In this document: positions 13,245 to 26,522 of the stretch, in pieces
How positions within the stretch are numbered: position 1 is the first letter of the stretch
Layout of the letters: each line of letters opens with the position of its first letter
From: Eledone cirrhosa
Lineage: Eukaryota
Direction of reading: 5' to 3'
DNA: 64,000 nucleotides
NCBI GenBank assembly: GCA_964016885.1
Contig: OZ024743.1
Span: 254,200,001 to 254,264,000, forward strand
Made by a program: the position numbers and the translations under genes
Notes under the pieces: generated by a model
Told to the model about the DNA's origin: nothing
The model's database searches: none
The model's input: the letters and a program-made list of their open reading frames with translations, nothing else

Positions 13245-16225
13245 GCTATAAAAGACAGATTCTATGAGACACTGATGCTCACTACCTCCCAAATAACCGA
13301 CAGTGACTATATAATTATTGCTGGCAACCTAAATGGTCACGTTGGACAGCATTGTGACGGCTATGACGGAATCCACGGAGGCTATGGGTTTGGTATTAGA
13401 AATGAGGAAGGCTCCAGAATCCTGGAATTCTGTGATGCAAATAACCTAACTATCTGTAACACTAACTTCAAAAAACGAGACAATCAATTGATCACCTACA
13501 GATCAGGGGAACTACCAACCAGGTAGATTATATCCTTACCAGAAGACGTTACAGAGTGTCTTTTGTAAACACTAAATCTCTCCCCCATGAAGAATGCACC
13601 TCCCAAAATAGACTGATAATTAGCGACCTCATAGGCAGGATTAGACGTAGTAAACAGCAGAAGAGGACTATCCTCAGGAGAAAAAATATAGAAGCTAAAG
13701 GACCCCAGAGCCAGAAATAAATTGAAAATCATATTACTTGATGCTTTCGACAGTAAGGAAGAGCATTTAGAGTCGTACAATATAGAGGAACAGTGGGAAT
13801 TCCTGAAAGCAAAGCTGCTGATGGCGGCAGACGGAGCTGTGGCTGGAGCAGGGCTACAGATAGGAGGAGAGTAACATGGTGGTGGAACAGTAAGGTGGAG
13901 GAGTCAATTAAGGCCAAGAAGCAGGCTTGGAAAGTATGGCGGAATGGGGGAAGTAGAGAAGACTATCAAGTGGCCAGGAGGGAAGCTAGGAGACAAATGT
14001 ACTTCACAAGAAGGGAAGCAGAGGAAAGAAAGTTCAAGCATGTTCTACAACGTGAGGACCAAAAACGCGAGATGTTCAGGATTGCTAGGCAATGTGTAAA
14101 GGAAAACCGTGATATTGTCGGGGAGAAGTGTGTACTTAATGATGATGGAGTACATGCCATCACTGACACTGATAAGAAGGTAGCTTGGAAGTGTCACTAC
14201 AAAAGGCTACTAAATGAGGAGAATAAATGAGAGTAAGACAGTCTTCCCCGCATCGACCCAATAGAGGGACCAGCAGTGTTAGTCGAAGGTAGTATAATAA
14301 GTAAGGCAATCAAATATATGAAGACGGGTAAGGCGGCTGGGCCTTCGGAAATAGTTGCTGAAATGCTGAAAGCTTCTGGAACGGTGGGATACACCATGGT
14401 CACCCGGATAGTAAACCAAGTCATACAGAATGGGGTTGTTCCGAAGGACTGGTGTAGCAGCATCATCATTAACTGCTACAAGGGTAAAGGAGATGCCCTA
14501 GATAGGAGTAACTATAGAGGCATTAAATTAATCGACCAGGTCATGAAGGTCACAGAAAAAGTAATAGCGCAACTAATCAGAGAGAGAATTGATCTAGATG
14601 AAATGCAGTTCGGATATGTGTCAGGCAAAAGTACCACAGACGCTCTTTTCATTGTACAACAACTACAGGAGAAGTACCTAGCTAAAAGTAAACCCTTATA
14701 CTTAGCTTTTGTCGACTTGGAGAAAGCCTTCGACAGAGTCCCCCGTTCCATTATCTGGTGGGCTCTTTGAAAACTAGGTGTTGATGAATGGCTTGTGAGT
14801 GCTAATCAAGCCATGCATAAAGAAACAGTCAGCAAGGTTAGAATTAACAACGAATATAGTGAAGAGTTTAGCGTAAAAGTTGGTGTTCATCAGGGCTCCG
14901 TTCTTAGCCCCCTTCTATTTATTATCGCCCTTCAGGCTATAAGAGTGGAGTTCAAGACCGGCTGCCCGTCGGAACTCCTATACGGTGATGATCTAACGCT
15001 CATAGCTGAATCAATGGCCGAACTAGAGAAGAAATTCCAAACATGGAAGCATCAACTAGAATTAAAAGGCCTTAAAATTAACCTGTCTAAGACTAAAGTT
15101 CTAGTTTGTAGGAAGGAAAATAGGGCGCCGGTCCCATCCGGGAAATGGCCATGCTCAGTGTGTAGGAAAGGAGTAGGTAGAAACTCCATTTTATGTCCCA
15201 AATGCAAAGTATGGGTGCATAAAAGATGTAGTGGGATCACAGGTAAGCTAACTAAGAACATAGATTATATATGTGGTCGGTGCTCTGGTGCAATAAGTAG
15301 CAGCAAGTGCCCACAGAATACTAGCTCATTCCATTGCACAGATGGTTCTATAGAAATAGTGGACAGCTTCCGTTACCTGGGTGACAAAATCAGCAGTGGG
15401 AGAGGGTGCTCTGAAAGTACAGTAGCTAGAGTCAGAACTGGATGGAAAAAGTTCATGGCAGTGAGACCTGGGCATTCTGTGCAGAGGATATACGCAGACT
15501 GGAGAGGAACGAAGCTTGCATGCTCCGTTGGATGTGTAATAGTAATATACATGAACGGCAAACCATAAGCGAGCTAAGGGAAAAATTAGAAATAAGAGGG
15601 ATCAGATGTTGTTTACTCGAGAGAAGGCTATGTGGGTATGGTCACGTGATGCGCATGAAAGACGACAGCTGTATAAAAAAGTGCAGGGCGATAAAAATAG
15701 ACGGTAGCCACGGAGTAGGCAGACCCAGAAGAACCATGGACGACTTGATAAATTCCGACCTCACACACTTACAGTCTCCAAGACAATGTCACTGGACCGA
15801 GAGCTTTGGCGCTACACAGTAATAGAGAAGACCCGCCTTACCTAAGTACAATGTGAAACCTACTAGGGTCTGTAGGCACCTCTAACAAAATACACCCCCC
15901 GTCCCACTACCCCCACCCCATCCACACCACCCCTTTTAATGTAAAGTTATGTTGGTACCACAACATCCAGCCCGAAACAAATGAGGTCGTATAGGTGTCA
16001 CGACAAAAAACACACAGTCCACGCTGTAATGTGGCCGTGTAAGTAACACGGTAACAACCTCCCAGTTCCATAATGTAAATGTGGTTGGAGTTAGGAAGGG
16101 CATCCAGCCGTAGAAAACCCGCCAGACTGTCCTATGCGAGCAAGACAACCACTCTTGTCTCAAGTGGGAAAACACCCGTCCCAACCCATGCAAGCGTGGA
16201 ATATGGACGTTAAACGATGATGATG

Positions 16226-16227
<2 letters not shown>
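13241..16227 (+). mobile_element. RTE-clade LINE, 5'-truncated in the APE domain, degenerate
   Basis: APE (GNLNGHVG), RT (NYRGIKL, FVDLEKAFDRVP, GVHQGSVLSP, YGDD) and PHD-like Cys cluster, with several stops. (GAT)n tail. Confidence 0.95.
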
Positions 16228-16278
<51 letters not shown>

Positions 16279-16322
16279 CAAATATACATATATATATATA
16301 TACATTTATACATATATATACA

Positions 16323-16413
<91 letters not shown>

Positions 16414-16418
<5 letters not shown>

Positions 16419-17119
16419 GATAATTTAATATATCTACTAACATAAGCGCACAGATGTACGCTAATGCCAGCAAATACACAGGTTATGTCATAGTACCTAG
16501 GTGGTTCAATGCAGGAGAATGCAGAACAATAATATATAATTTCTTAAAAAATTTTTTTTTTTTAAATTAACTTACTTACTTAAATTTTCACTCCAACTAA
16601 TTAGTTTCTGCAATGGGATAAAGACAGTTACGTAATGAACTGTTGAGAATTTCATTGCGTCATCAGGGAGGTCATTCTCAGCCGAGTCTCCAGGCGATGC
16701 GCGGACACTGGGGACTCATATAAAAATAATAATAATTCGGCAACTGGAACAGCTATCGAGGACTGGATTCCAGCCACTGAAAATTCTCACTGCCACTGAT
16801 CACATGGCCGATTCTAAAGAATCAATCACGTGACACAGAGGCTAGTTAGTAGGAATGGGATGGTAAGATGACAGACGCCTACTAACACCCCTCCAAAAAA
16901 AAAATTTTTAGAAGTGGTTTTGGCAGGTTTGCTCGACAAATCAGTGATTTGGAGATAAATATAGATAATTTAATATATCTACTAACATAAGCGCACAGAT
17001 GTACGCTAATGCCAGCAAATACAGAGCTTATGTCATAGTACCTAGGTGGTTCAATGCAGGAGAATGCAGAACAATAATATATAAGACGTAAAATAAGAAA
17101 ATATTTTCTTATTTTACGT

Positions 17120-17128
<9 letters not shown>
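16414..17128 (-). mobile_element. Non-coding HHR cassette with ~125-bp direct repeats (retrozyme/mini-PLE-like)
   Basis: Direct repeats at 16414-16539 and 16959-17084 (period 545, 2 mismatches). Internal HHR, terminal 52-bp palindrome, (TA)n on both sides. Confidence 0.75.
16591..16670 (-). ncRNA. Type I hammerhead ribozyme
   Basis: Minus strand reads ctcc-CTGATGA-c-gcaatg...cattgc-a-GAAA-ctaattagTT-ggag, with palindromic stem III ACTAATTAGT. Confidence 0.75.
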
Positions 17129-17187
<59 letters not shown>

Positions 17188-17270
17188 AAAATAAGCTCAG
17201 GATCTCTTCTCCTTTGAGCACATTATTTACAGGGAATAGCGAGGGCCTATGCCTCCGTGAATTTATCGTG

Positions 17271-17321
<51 letters not shown>

Positions 17322-17380
17322 CATATATATATGTATATATATAGATACATATATATATGTATATATATATATATATAGTG

Positions 17381-17593
17381 AAGGCGTGTGGCTGGGTGGT
17401 TAGGGAATTGGATTCGCAATCGTAAGGTTGTGAGTTCGATTCCTGGACCAGGTGATGCGTTATGTCCTTGAGCAAGACACTTTATTTCCCGTTGCTCCTT
17501 CTACCTGCAGTTGCGATCGATATATAGTATTAGCAATTGTAAAGACCAACGGAAACATTGTTCCGTCGGTCCGATTTGACGAAAGTCGATCGT
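17381..17593 (+). mobile_element. tRNA-derived CORE-type SINE
   Basis: Same family as 7305-7518. Confidence 0.85.
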
Positions 17594-17603
17594 TAAAAAA
17601 AAA

Positions 17604-17634
<31 letters not shown>

Positions 17635-17705
17635 ATATATTTATATATACATATATATATATACACATATATATATATGTATATATATGTGTATATATAT
17701 ATACA

Positions 17706-18131
17706 CATGCTACTGTACGTCTGTATACATATATGTATGTACGTATACATACATACTTACATCTAAGTAAGTGCCGTACTAAGTGAGAAATGAAATTTCG
17801 TTTCATTCTATTCCATTTATCGTTTTCGGTGCGTCTGGCCGACTGAACTCACTCCATATGTAAATTACGCTGCTCAGCTGTTAATTTTCATAAGGAATGT
17901 ATATACTTTCGAACGTTCAACCATCTGGCAGAAGGGTATACGGTGCTGACGATAGCTAACAAGCTTGAAACTAGTACATCGTTCCTGTGTCAGTGTTGAA
18001 CAAAAAGGTGACGTGGTTGCCTCAACACTGTACGGCGTAAATCAGGCTGTCCGTTTGTTTACAAACGAATAAAGCGAACATTATAATAAATGTTCGTTAA
18101 ACTGATACGTATATATATATATGTGTGCCTG

Positions 18132-18183
<52 letters not shown>

Positions 18184-18276
18184 TGCTACTGTACGTCTGT
18201 ATACATATATGTATGTACGTATACATACATACTTATATATATATACATATTTACTTATATATATATGTATTTATAT

Positions 18277-18313
<37 letters not shown>

Positions 18314-18428
18314 TGCTACTGTACGTCTGTATACATATATGTATGTACGTATACATACATACTTACATCTAAGTAAGTGCCGTACTAAGAGTGAGAAATG
18401 AAATTTCGTTTCATTCTATTCCATTTAT
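17706..18428 (+). mobile_element. Non-coding HHR cassette with ~115-bp direct repeats, family A copy 1
   Basis: Direct repeats at 17706-17820 and 18312-18428, plus a partial copy at 18182-18235. HHR at 17941. Homologous to the reverse complement of 50301-50906. Confidence 0.8.
17941..17981 (+). ncRNA. Minimal type I hammerhead ribozyme
   Basis: cggtg-CTGACGA-t-agct-aaca-agct-t-GAAA-ctagTA-catcg, with palindromic stem III ACTAGT. Confidence 0.82.
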
Positions 18429-18611
18429 ATATATATATATGTATATATACATATATATATATGTATATATATGTATATATATATATATGTATATATATGT
18501 ATATATATATATATGTATATATACATATATATATATGTATATATATATATATGTATATATATGTATATATATATATATGTATATATACATATATATATAT
18601 GTATATATATG

Positions 18612-18643
<32 letters not shown>

Positions 18644-18646
<3 letters not shown>

Positions 18647-19978
18647 CGTGACGATGGACTCTTTACTATCCTAAATTGCAATATAGTTAAACTTAATATT
18701 ATTAAGAACAATATACGTAATCTCTTTAACCAACATAACCTAAAAATTGAATTTGATAATAGTATGAAACTAGCTAATTTCTTGGATGTATCTCTTAATC
18801 TTGACACTGGCCTATATTACCCTTACCATAAAAACAATGAGAATCTTAATTATGTTAACTTTAAATCTAACCATCCTACCAATATCAAGAATGCTATAGT
18901 TAATAATATTGGAAATAGAATATCTAACATATCTTCTAATAAAAACATCTTTGATGCTAACGCCAATTACTATAAGAACGCACTTTCTAAAGCCGGCTAT
19001 CCAGATAAAATCAAATATAATAAAGAAACAAATTCTAGGAAAACTTACAGTAGAATAATTAATCATGACCATTCCAATAATTTTAATAAAAGACCTAGAT
19101 ACAAAAACATAATCTGGTATAATGCTCCTTTCTCCATCTCTATTAATAACAATATTCCTAAATTATTTTTTAGTGCCTTAAATAAATGCTTCCCTCCCTC
19201 ACATATCTATAGTAAAATATTTAACAAACACACCATCAAATTTTCGAATTCTACATCCTCCAATATTTCCAACATCATCTCTAAACACAACAACAAAATA
19301 TTAAATACTAAATCTCTTCCTTCCAATATTGAATTTCATAATAACAGTAATAGTACTCCCGACGTCATTGTAAACCCTAGGCTAACTTCTGTAAACCCAA
19401 ATACAACGTCAAACACAACTTCGCTAAATGTTCATAATCCAACTCTAAATCAAGAAACTATTATTCCTGTTATTCCTATCGCAAACAACTTCTCCAATCC
19501 AATTCCTTCTATAGATAACACTAGATCACTCATTAATAATCTCTCTAATTGCAACTGCCGCATTAAAAATAAATGTCCTCTCAACAACCATTGCCTCGAT
19601 AAAAACTTAATTTATGAATGTAAAATTATAACTAGCACCAATTCCTTCACCTATTTTGGCTCCACTTCCACCTCTTTTAAAGCTCGTCTCTATAATCATC
19701 ATTCATCTTTCAAATACAAACTTAAAAGAACTAACACTGCTCTCTCAGAACTCATATGGTCCTTAAAAGACAAACACATTAAATATAACATCTTTTGGAA
19801 AAAGATTTCTTCTGCATCCTCATACTTGAACAGCTCTCTATCTAAAATCTGTAATCTCTGCCTAAATGAAAAATTTACCATTATCTCTAACCTAGAATCT
19901 ATAATAAATAGACGCTCAGATTTGTTTTCTATCTGCCTGCATAAATTCCATAGAACTTTTCACAAAGTATACAGTTAA
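18644..19978 (+). CDS. PLE RT C-terminal half + N/P/T-rich linker + GIY-YIG endonuclease (open, 5'-truncated)
   Basis: Non-microsatellite part of ORF 18398..19978, with no internal stop. Confidence 0.8.
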
Positions 19979-20973
19979 TATTCAATTCTTTATCAATTTA
20001 GAATCTTTTCTCAAAGGCACATATACATACACCTCTTTAAAATATACCCATCTACCTTACTTTAAAGGGCATTATACACTCTATAATACTCGTTTACTCA
20101 TTACCCTCATTCTATCTTCTCGTAAAATAATAACATTTGTTTTTGACATTTTGAATATTCATCCGCAATCATTATTATTTTTTCTCTCTATCATAAATCT
20201 TTTTAATCTCAATTTCATCCTTAATTTATTATTATTATTATTATTATTTTTTTCTCCCCATCAACGAACTCATTATTAATACATATCAATTCAATATACA
20301 AACTTTAACTTCACATTATTTTTCTCAAATCCTTCCAAACACAAACCTTAACAACTTTTCTCTTCGCTAATTTTGAAATTGCCACAATACATACATTTCT
20401 TCTTTTGACGTTAGAATATTCACCCACAATTATTATTTTTTTCTCTCTATCTTCATACATAATTTCTCTTCGTTAATTTTCAAATTCCTTTAATTTATAC
20501 ATTATCTTCCAACGGTTCCCAACCTCTCTATATTAAAACAATATATCTTTTTCTCAGTTATAAAAACTATCTCTTTCTCTCTATCACCCATCTCTCCCTC
20601 TCCACCTTCACTCTCATCTCCTCTCCCCTTTTTTTCATCCTTTCCACCCCCCACCCCCTCCCTAAATAAAATATTTTTTCCTCGCACATATCCTCCCTGC
20701 GTTAATTTTCAAAATTTTTAATTTATACAGTATCTTCCAACGGTTTTCAACCCCTCTATGTAAAAAATATATCTCCTCTCAGTTATAAAAACTATCTCTT
20801 TCTCTCTATCACCCATCTCTCCCTCTCATCTCCTTCCCTTTTTATCCTCCCCCCCCCTCTCTAAATAATGCATTTTTCCCAATATCACACATCAATCTAA
20901 AACCACTTTTCATATGTTGATTTAAAACTGCACTATCAACAAGTGTTTTTTTAGCCTTCATATCATGTTCTCC

Positions 20974-21048
20974 TGTTTTATCTGATGAAAACACAAATAT
21001 TATTGCTTGCTTGATGATGTTTGTTTTTGAAATGCGCATAATAAAATA
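20974..21048 (+). ncRNA. Type I hammerhead ribozyme in the PLE 3' region (pLTR)
   Basis: tgttttat-CTGATGA-aaacacaaat...gtttgttttt-GAAA-tgcgcaTA-ataaaata, with palindromic stem III. Conserved at 62379-62449. Confidence 0.82.
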
Positions 21049-21083
21049 TATGGAACTCCTTTAACCATCTTTTGATCTTATAT

Positions 21084-21084
<1 letters not shown>

Positions 21085-21114
<30 letters not shown>

Positions 21115-21200
21115 GTATATATATATATATATCTATGTATATATATGTGTATATATATATATGTATATATATATATGTATATATATATGTATATATATAC

Positions 21201-21231
<31 letters not shown>

Positions 21232-21282
21232 CATATATATACATATATATATATATATACATATATATACATATATATATAC

Positions 21283-21317
<35 letters not shown>

Positions 21318-21689
21318 AACATATATATACACATATATATATATGTGTGCATATATATGTATATATATATATATATGTATATATATATGTATATATATAC
21401 ATATATATGTATATATATATGTATATATATACATATATACATATATATATATATACATATATACATATACATATATATACATATATATATATATACATAT
21501 ATATATACATATATATACATATATAAACATATATATATATACTTATATATATACATATATATATATACATATATATAATATATATATAATATATACATAT
21601 ATATATATACATATATATAATATATATATATATACATATATATAATATATATATATATACATATATATATATACATATATATATATATG

Positions 21690-21741
<52 letters not shown>

Positions 21742-21935
21742 TGTATGTATATATATATATATATATACATATATGTATGTATATATATATATACATATAT
21801 GTATGCATATATATATATACATATATGTATGCATATATATATATACATATATGTATGCATATATATATATATATATATATATGTATGCATATATACATAT
21901 ATATATATATGTATATATATATATGTATATATATG

Positions 21936-22019
<84 letters not shown>

Positions 22020-22241
22020 ATATATATATATCTATGTATATATATATGTATATACATATATGTATGTATTTAATATATACATATATATATGTATATATTT
22101 AATAGATATATTTAATATATATATATATCTATGTATATATATATGTATATACATATATGTATGTATATATATATATGTATGTATATATATATGTATATAC
22201 ATATATGTATGTATATATATATATATACATATATGTATATA

Positions 22242-22301
<60 letters not shown>

Positions 22302-22350
22302 TATATGTATATATATATCTATATATATGTATATATATATATGTATGTAA

Positions 22351-22423
<73 letters not shown>

Positions 22424-22468
22424 CCTATATATATACATACATATATATATACATATATAAATATATAC
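21085..22468. repeat. 1.4-kb compound (TA)n/(TATG)/(TACA) microsatellite
   Basis: Directly visible. Confidence 0.97.
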
Positions 22469-23337
22469 ATTATATTCCGGAGAAAATGTAGAAAAGATGA
22501 ATATAAAATGAAAGTGCTTTTATAAAGGAATTTATTACGTATTGACATATGTTTCATTAACAGACGGAATACCTATGTATCGCTGCTTGCGTAATCATAT
22601 AATGTTAGCATTTATTCGATAGCAAATGTATAATCAGTTGTCACTTCTTAGAGATATTGGATAAATTGGAAAAAATCAGAAAAATCTAAGTATTTTTATT
22701 AGTTGTAAGAAAGGAAGAAAAGAAGGGATAGTATATGACAGATGGCAATTCAATTTGCTGGTAAGCAAGTATATAGAAGGTTTTTAATGAGAATACAATG
22801 AGTATATGGCTTATTTTATCTAAATAAGAATTTTTGGGTGTGCCTATTTTAATCTATATTTGAACAGTTGAACAATGGACAGGGCTGGTTGTTTGGTGTA
22901 GTAGTATTAATATGACCAGCCCTGTCCTTTGTTCAACTGGTCAAATATAGATTAAAATAGGCACTCCCAAAAATACTTATTTAGATAAAATCAGCCATAT
23001 ACTCATTGTATTCTCATTAAAAACCTTCTATATACTTGTTTTCCAGCAAATTGAATTGACATCTGTCATATACTATCCCTTCTCTTCTTCCTTTCTTACA
23101 ACTAATATACTTACTTTGATTTTTCTAATTGTTTCCAATTTATCCAATATCTCTGAAGAAGTGAGAACTGATTATACATTTGCTATCGAATACATGCTAA
23201 CATTATATGATTACGCAAGCAGCGATACATAGGTATTCCGTCTGTTACAGAAACATATGTCAATATCTAATAAATTCCTTTATAAAAGCACTTTCATTTT
23301 ATATTCATCTTTTTCTACATTTTCTCCGGAATATAAT
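22469..23337. repeat. ~870-bp imperfect palindrome (arms ~420 bp, ~25-bp spacer)
   Basis: 22469-22889 is the reverse complement of 22915-23337, with scattered mismatches. Confidence 0.93.
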
Positions 23338-23462
23338 TTATACTCGTTGAGCAAACCTACACGTTCTCTGTTCATCTCTAACGTGACGATATATTATCAC
23401 TACATTATTGATAACTTGAAATTGTTATATATATATATATATATATACACATATATATATAT

Positions 23463-23557
<95 letters not shown>

Positions 23558-23575
23558 CATACATACATACATACA

Positions 23576-23609
<34 letters not shown>

Positions 23610-24086
23610 CATATATATATAAGTTGAAACAATGAAATATAAAATCAACTCATTAGAGATATAATTTACTGCTTTACGATAGTTTCTAGATGGTGATAAT
23701 ACATTGTATCTATACTCAGTTATTGATCTATGTAAGTTTACAAACTATCAGATATAGAGAATATTTACTTACATGAATATCACCAGCTGTTTTCAAAAGC
23801 AATAATAATTTTATTCAATAATAATTTTACTCAGAATTAGTATCATGTCCATATTTGGAGGTCGTTGAAGAACTAACGAATCAAATTGTTTTTTTCATAT
23901 GGTGTTAAAATGAAAAGTAATACACTTTAGTTCAGGTCATGACCTTTTGAAAGGAATGGTTGAAAGGTGTTAGTAGAAATGGCATAAAAATCTATTAGGA
24001 ATATATATATACATATATATATACATATATATATATACATATACATACATATATATATACATATATATAAATACATATATATATAC

Positions 24087-24119
<33 letters not shown>

Positions 24120-24142
24120 CATATATATATACATATATATAC

Positions 24143-24207
<65 letters not shown>

Positions 24208-24491
24208 CATATATACATATGTATGTTCTGCTAGTCACCCCGTGTAATATGATACCCCAATATTCCATGCACGGGAATCACCGAAGCATGCGCAGACATA
24301 ACCGGGAGATGACATGCGAATTTGAAAATGCCACAAGAGAGATCCTTTAGATAGCATAGACGCCGGACCATACCCGCAAATATCTGCATATACACCGTGA
24401 TCTATCTTGAATATGCATGACTGACAGGATATGGAAGCAACATGGATAATACGACCACCATCTAAGCTAGAACCGATCCCTACTACATATA

Positions 24492-24615
24492 ACTGTTTCT
24501 ACTTTAGGCACAAGGACAGCAATTACCAGTGCATTACTGGTACTTTATTTTATCGACCCCGTAAGGATGAAAGGCAACGTCAACCTCGGCGGGATTTGAA
24601 CTCAGATCGTAAAAA
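24492..24615 (-). mobile_element. SINE fragment with Meta/Sauria-like central domain
   Basis: Minus strand has B box gagttcaaatccc followed by gcctttcatccttacggggtcgataaaataaagtaccag. Second copy at 45928-46080. Confidence 0.75.
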
Positions 24616-26314
24616 CAACAAACAAAGAGGGGACAGTCCTTAGCATTTAACCAGTCGCGTGTGAACTTGGAATTGGTGAGCGGAGGGGATAATAGCGAGA
24701 GACACAATATACCACCCCAGTCAAGTCCAAAACTGGACTTTTTTACCAATATATCCTATACAGCAAAACCTTGGATTTAGAACCGGCAGGCTGATCTATC
24801 GCAAACGCGTACGATTCCACGCATGGCTTAATAACTGGCACGACCGAAACTACATGGAAAAGATCGAACGGAGCACACCCTGCAACCACTAGCTGTTTGA
24901 TCAGCAGGTCCATCTCCCAGAGAGTGCACACAGCTGATAGTGAATCCCAGTTGATTCGTGAACTCGGAACTTTTCAACAAGACCAACTGTGCCCGGAGCT
25001 ATGCAGATGATTGCATGCGCACAATGGATATCGCACCTATATTGTTCATCTTGCTGTATATGTGTAAAGTATCCATGTGCGGGATATCCCTGACTAAATT
25101 TGCTTGACTGTTAATTGTTTATTAATTGTTTGTTAATTAGGCAGGAATATATTATTATATCTTTGTTAATCCAATATTAATAATTTTTTGATAATACATT
25201 ATCAGATTACTTAAGCTATTTAATACCTTCTTAAAAATACATTTTATAATTATTGTCTTTTTGCTTATATATTTTCTTACTTATCATTTTCTTTAATCTT
25301 CGAGCCCAACTTGATAAGCTCTTTGAATTGCTCCTTAATTAGATTACTTAAATTACTTTATTTATTATACCTAAGTTGTTGTATCTGTTGAAGCAACCCT
25401 TTGGAAATTCCTCGAATCTCCCAAATTCCATAATTTTTCATTTGTAATTTTCCTCAATTCATTTATATATATTTTTAAAGGTTTTCTAAATTTTTAATTC
25501 TTTGAAGGGTCTTTCGGAAGAGGTTTTTATTGAAAATATTAAAGAAACCTTTTCTGAAGGATTTTTTGAAGGCTTTTTGAATTAATCTTTAATTGATTAA
25601 TTTCTTTCAACTATTTATTTCTTAATTTTTAAATTTAATGTTCAACCTCTTAATCTTTAATTTTGAATCTTGGATATATAAGATTTCTTAATCTTAAATT
25701 CATTAAATTTTTTAATTTCTGGGTTTGGAACTCCTAAACTTCAAATCCTAAGTTAAATCTTAATCTTTATATTATGGATTCCCTAAATCATTAACATTAT
25801 TAACCTCTTAAATCTTTTTGAAAGTATTTTTTTTTTCCAAAATGTTTAATTTTTAAATTTAGAACTTTCGTAGGGATTATTAAATCTTCGTAAATTTTTT
25901 TAAGGGAATCTTTTAGAAAGATTTTTTGGAAGGAATTTTTTAGGAAACTTTTTATTTTTTTATTCTCTTAATCTCTTCTGTTTTTTTTAGGTTTATTAGG
26001 GCTTATAAGCTTTATGCGCTTATTGAGGTGTTTTCTACGGTGCTTTTGAGGGATCCCAAGTCTTTTACTTTTAATGCGTAACTTATAAATTTTTAATTTT
26101 TAACCTTCAATCCCTAACTTTTAGGCCCTTTTCAAATTCTCTTAATTCCCTCTAACCCAACCCTTTTACAACTCCTACAACTATTATAAAAGAGCCCCCT
26201 TAGAATATAGACCCCAGATAAACAAGCTGAGCTGTTGATGTATACCACGATTTCAAACTGCTAATCTTGGGTGAAACGTTGATGAAAATAATGAACTTAC
26301 AATTACCTGTAATA

Positions 26315-26361
26315 TGCCTTGAAAAGTCCCACCATATGGTCGGACGAAACGGCTGTCGGCA
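26315..26361 (+). ncRNA. Degenerate type I hammerhead ribozyme
   Basis: tgcc-TTGAAAA-gtcc..accatatggt..ggac-GAAAcggctGTC-ggca. Stems are intact; there are two core substitutions relative to CTGAAGA. Confidence 0.65.
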
Positions 26362-26422
26362 ATAAACTTGTTATGTCATAAAAGTTCCTTTGTTCTTTTT
26401 TCTTAATATATATACATATATG

Positions 26423-26454
<32 letters not shown>

Positions 26455-26471
26455 CACATATATATATATAT

Positions 26472-26518
<47 letters not shown>

Positions 26519-26522
<4 letters not shown>

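Larger units (their letters stand above)
18644..21085 (+). mobile_element. Naiad-type Penelope-like element, 5'-truncated at the RT YRDD motif
   Basis: [18 protein letters not shown], CxCx5C, GIY-YIG-like (LIY..YFG..FK.R..NH) and C-terminal CNLC..EK..NRRS..CLH motifs. ~1-kb pyrimidine-rich 3' region ending in an HHR. Paralogue at 60311-62575. Confidence 0.9.

Noticed and set aside
18644-19978. Selenoprotein status of the Naiad-type ORF
   Set aside because: No in-frame TGA in the retained part, and no SECIS recognised in the 3' region.
21072-22557. Long YIYI/MYIC ORFs here and at 49.7, 55 and 58-60 kb, up to 647 aa
   Set aside because: They are translations of (TA)n-type microsatellites, which lack stop codons; not genes.
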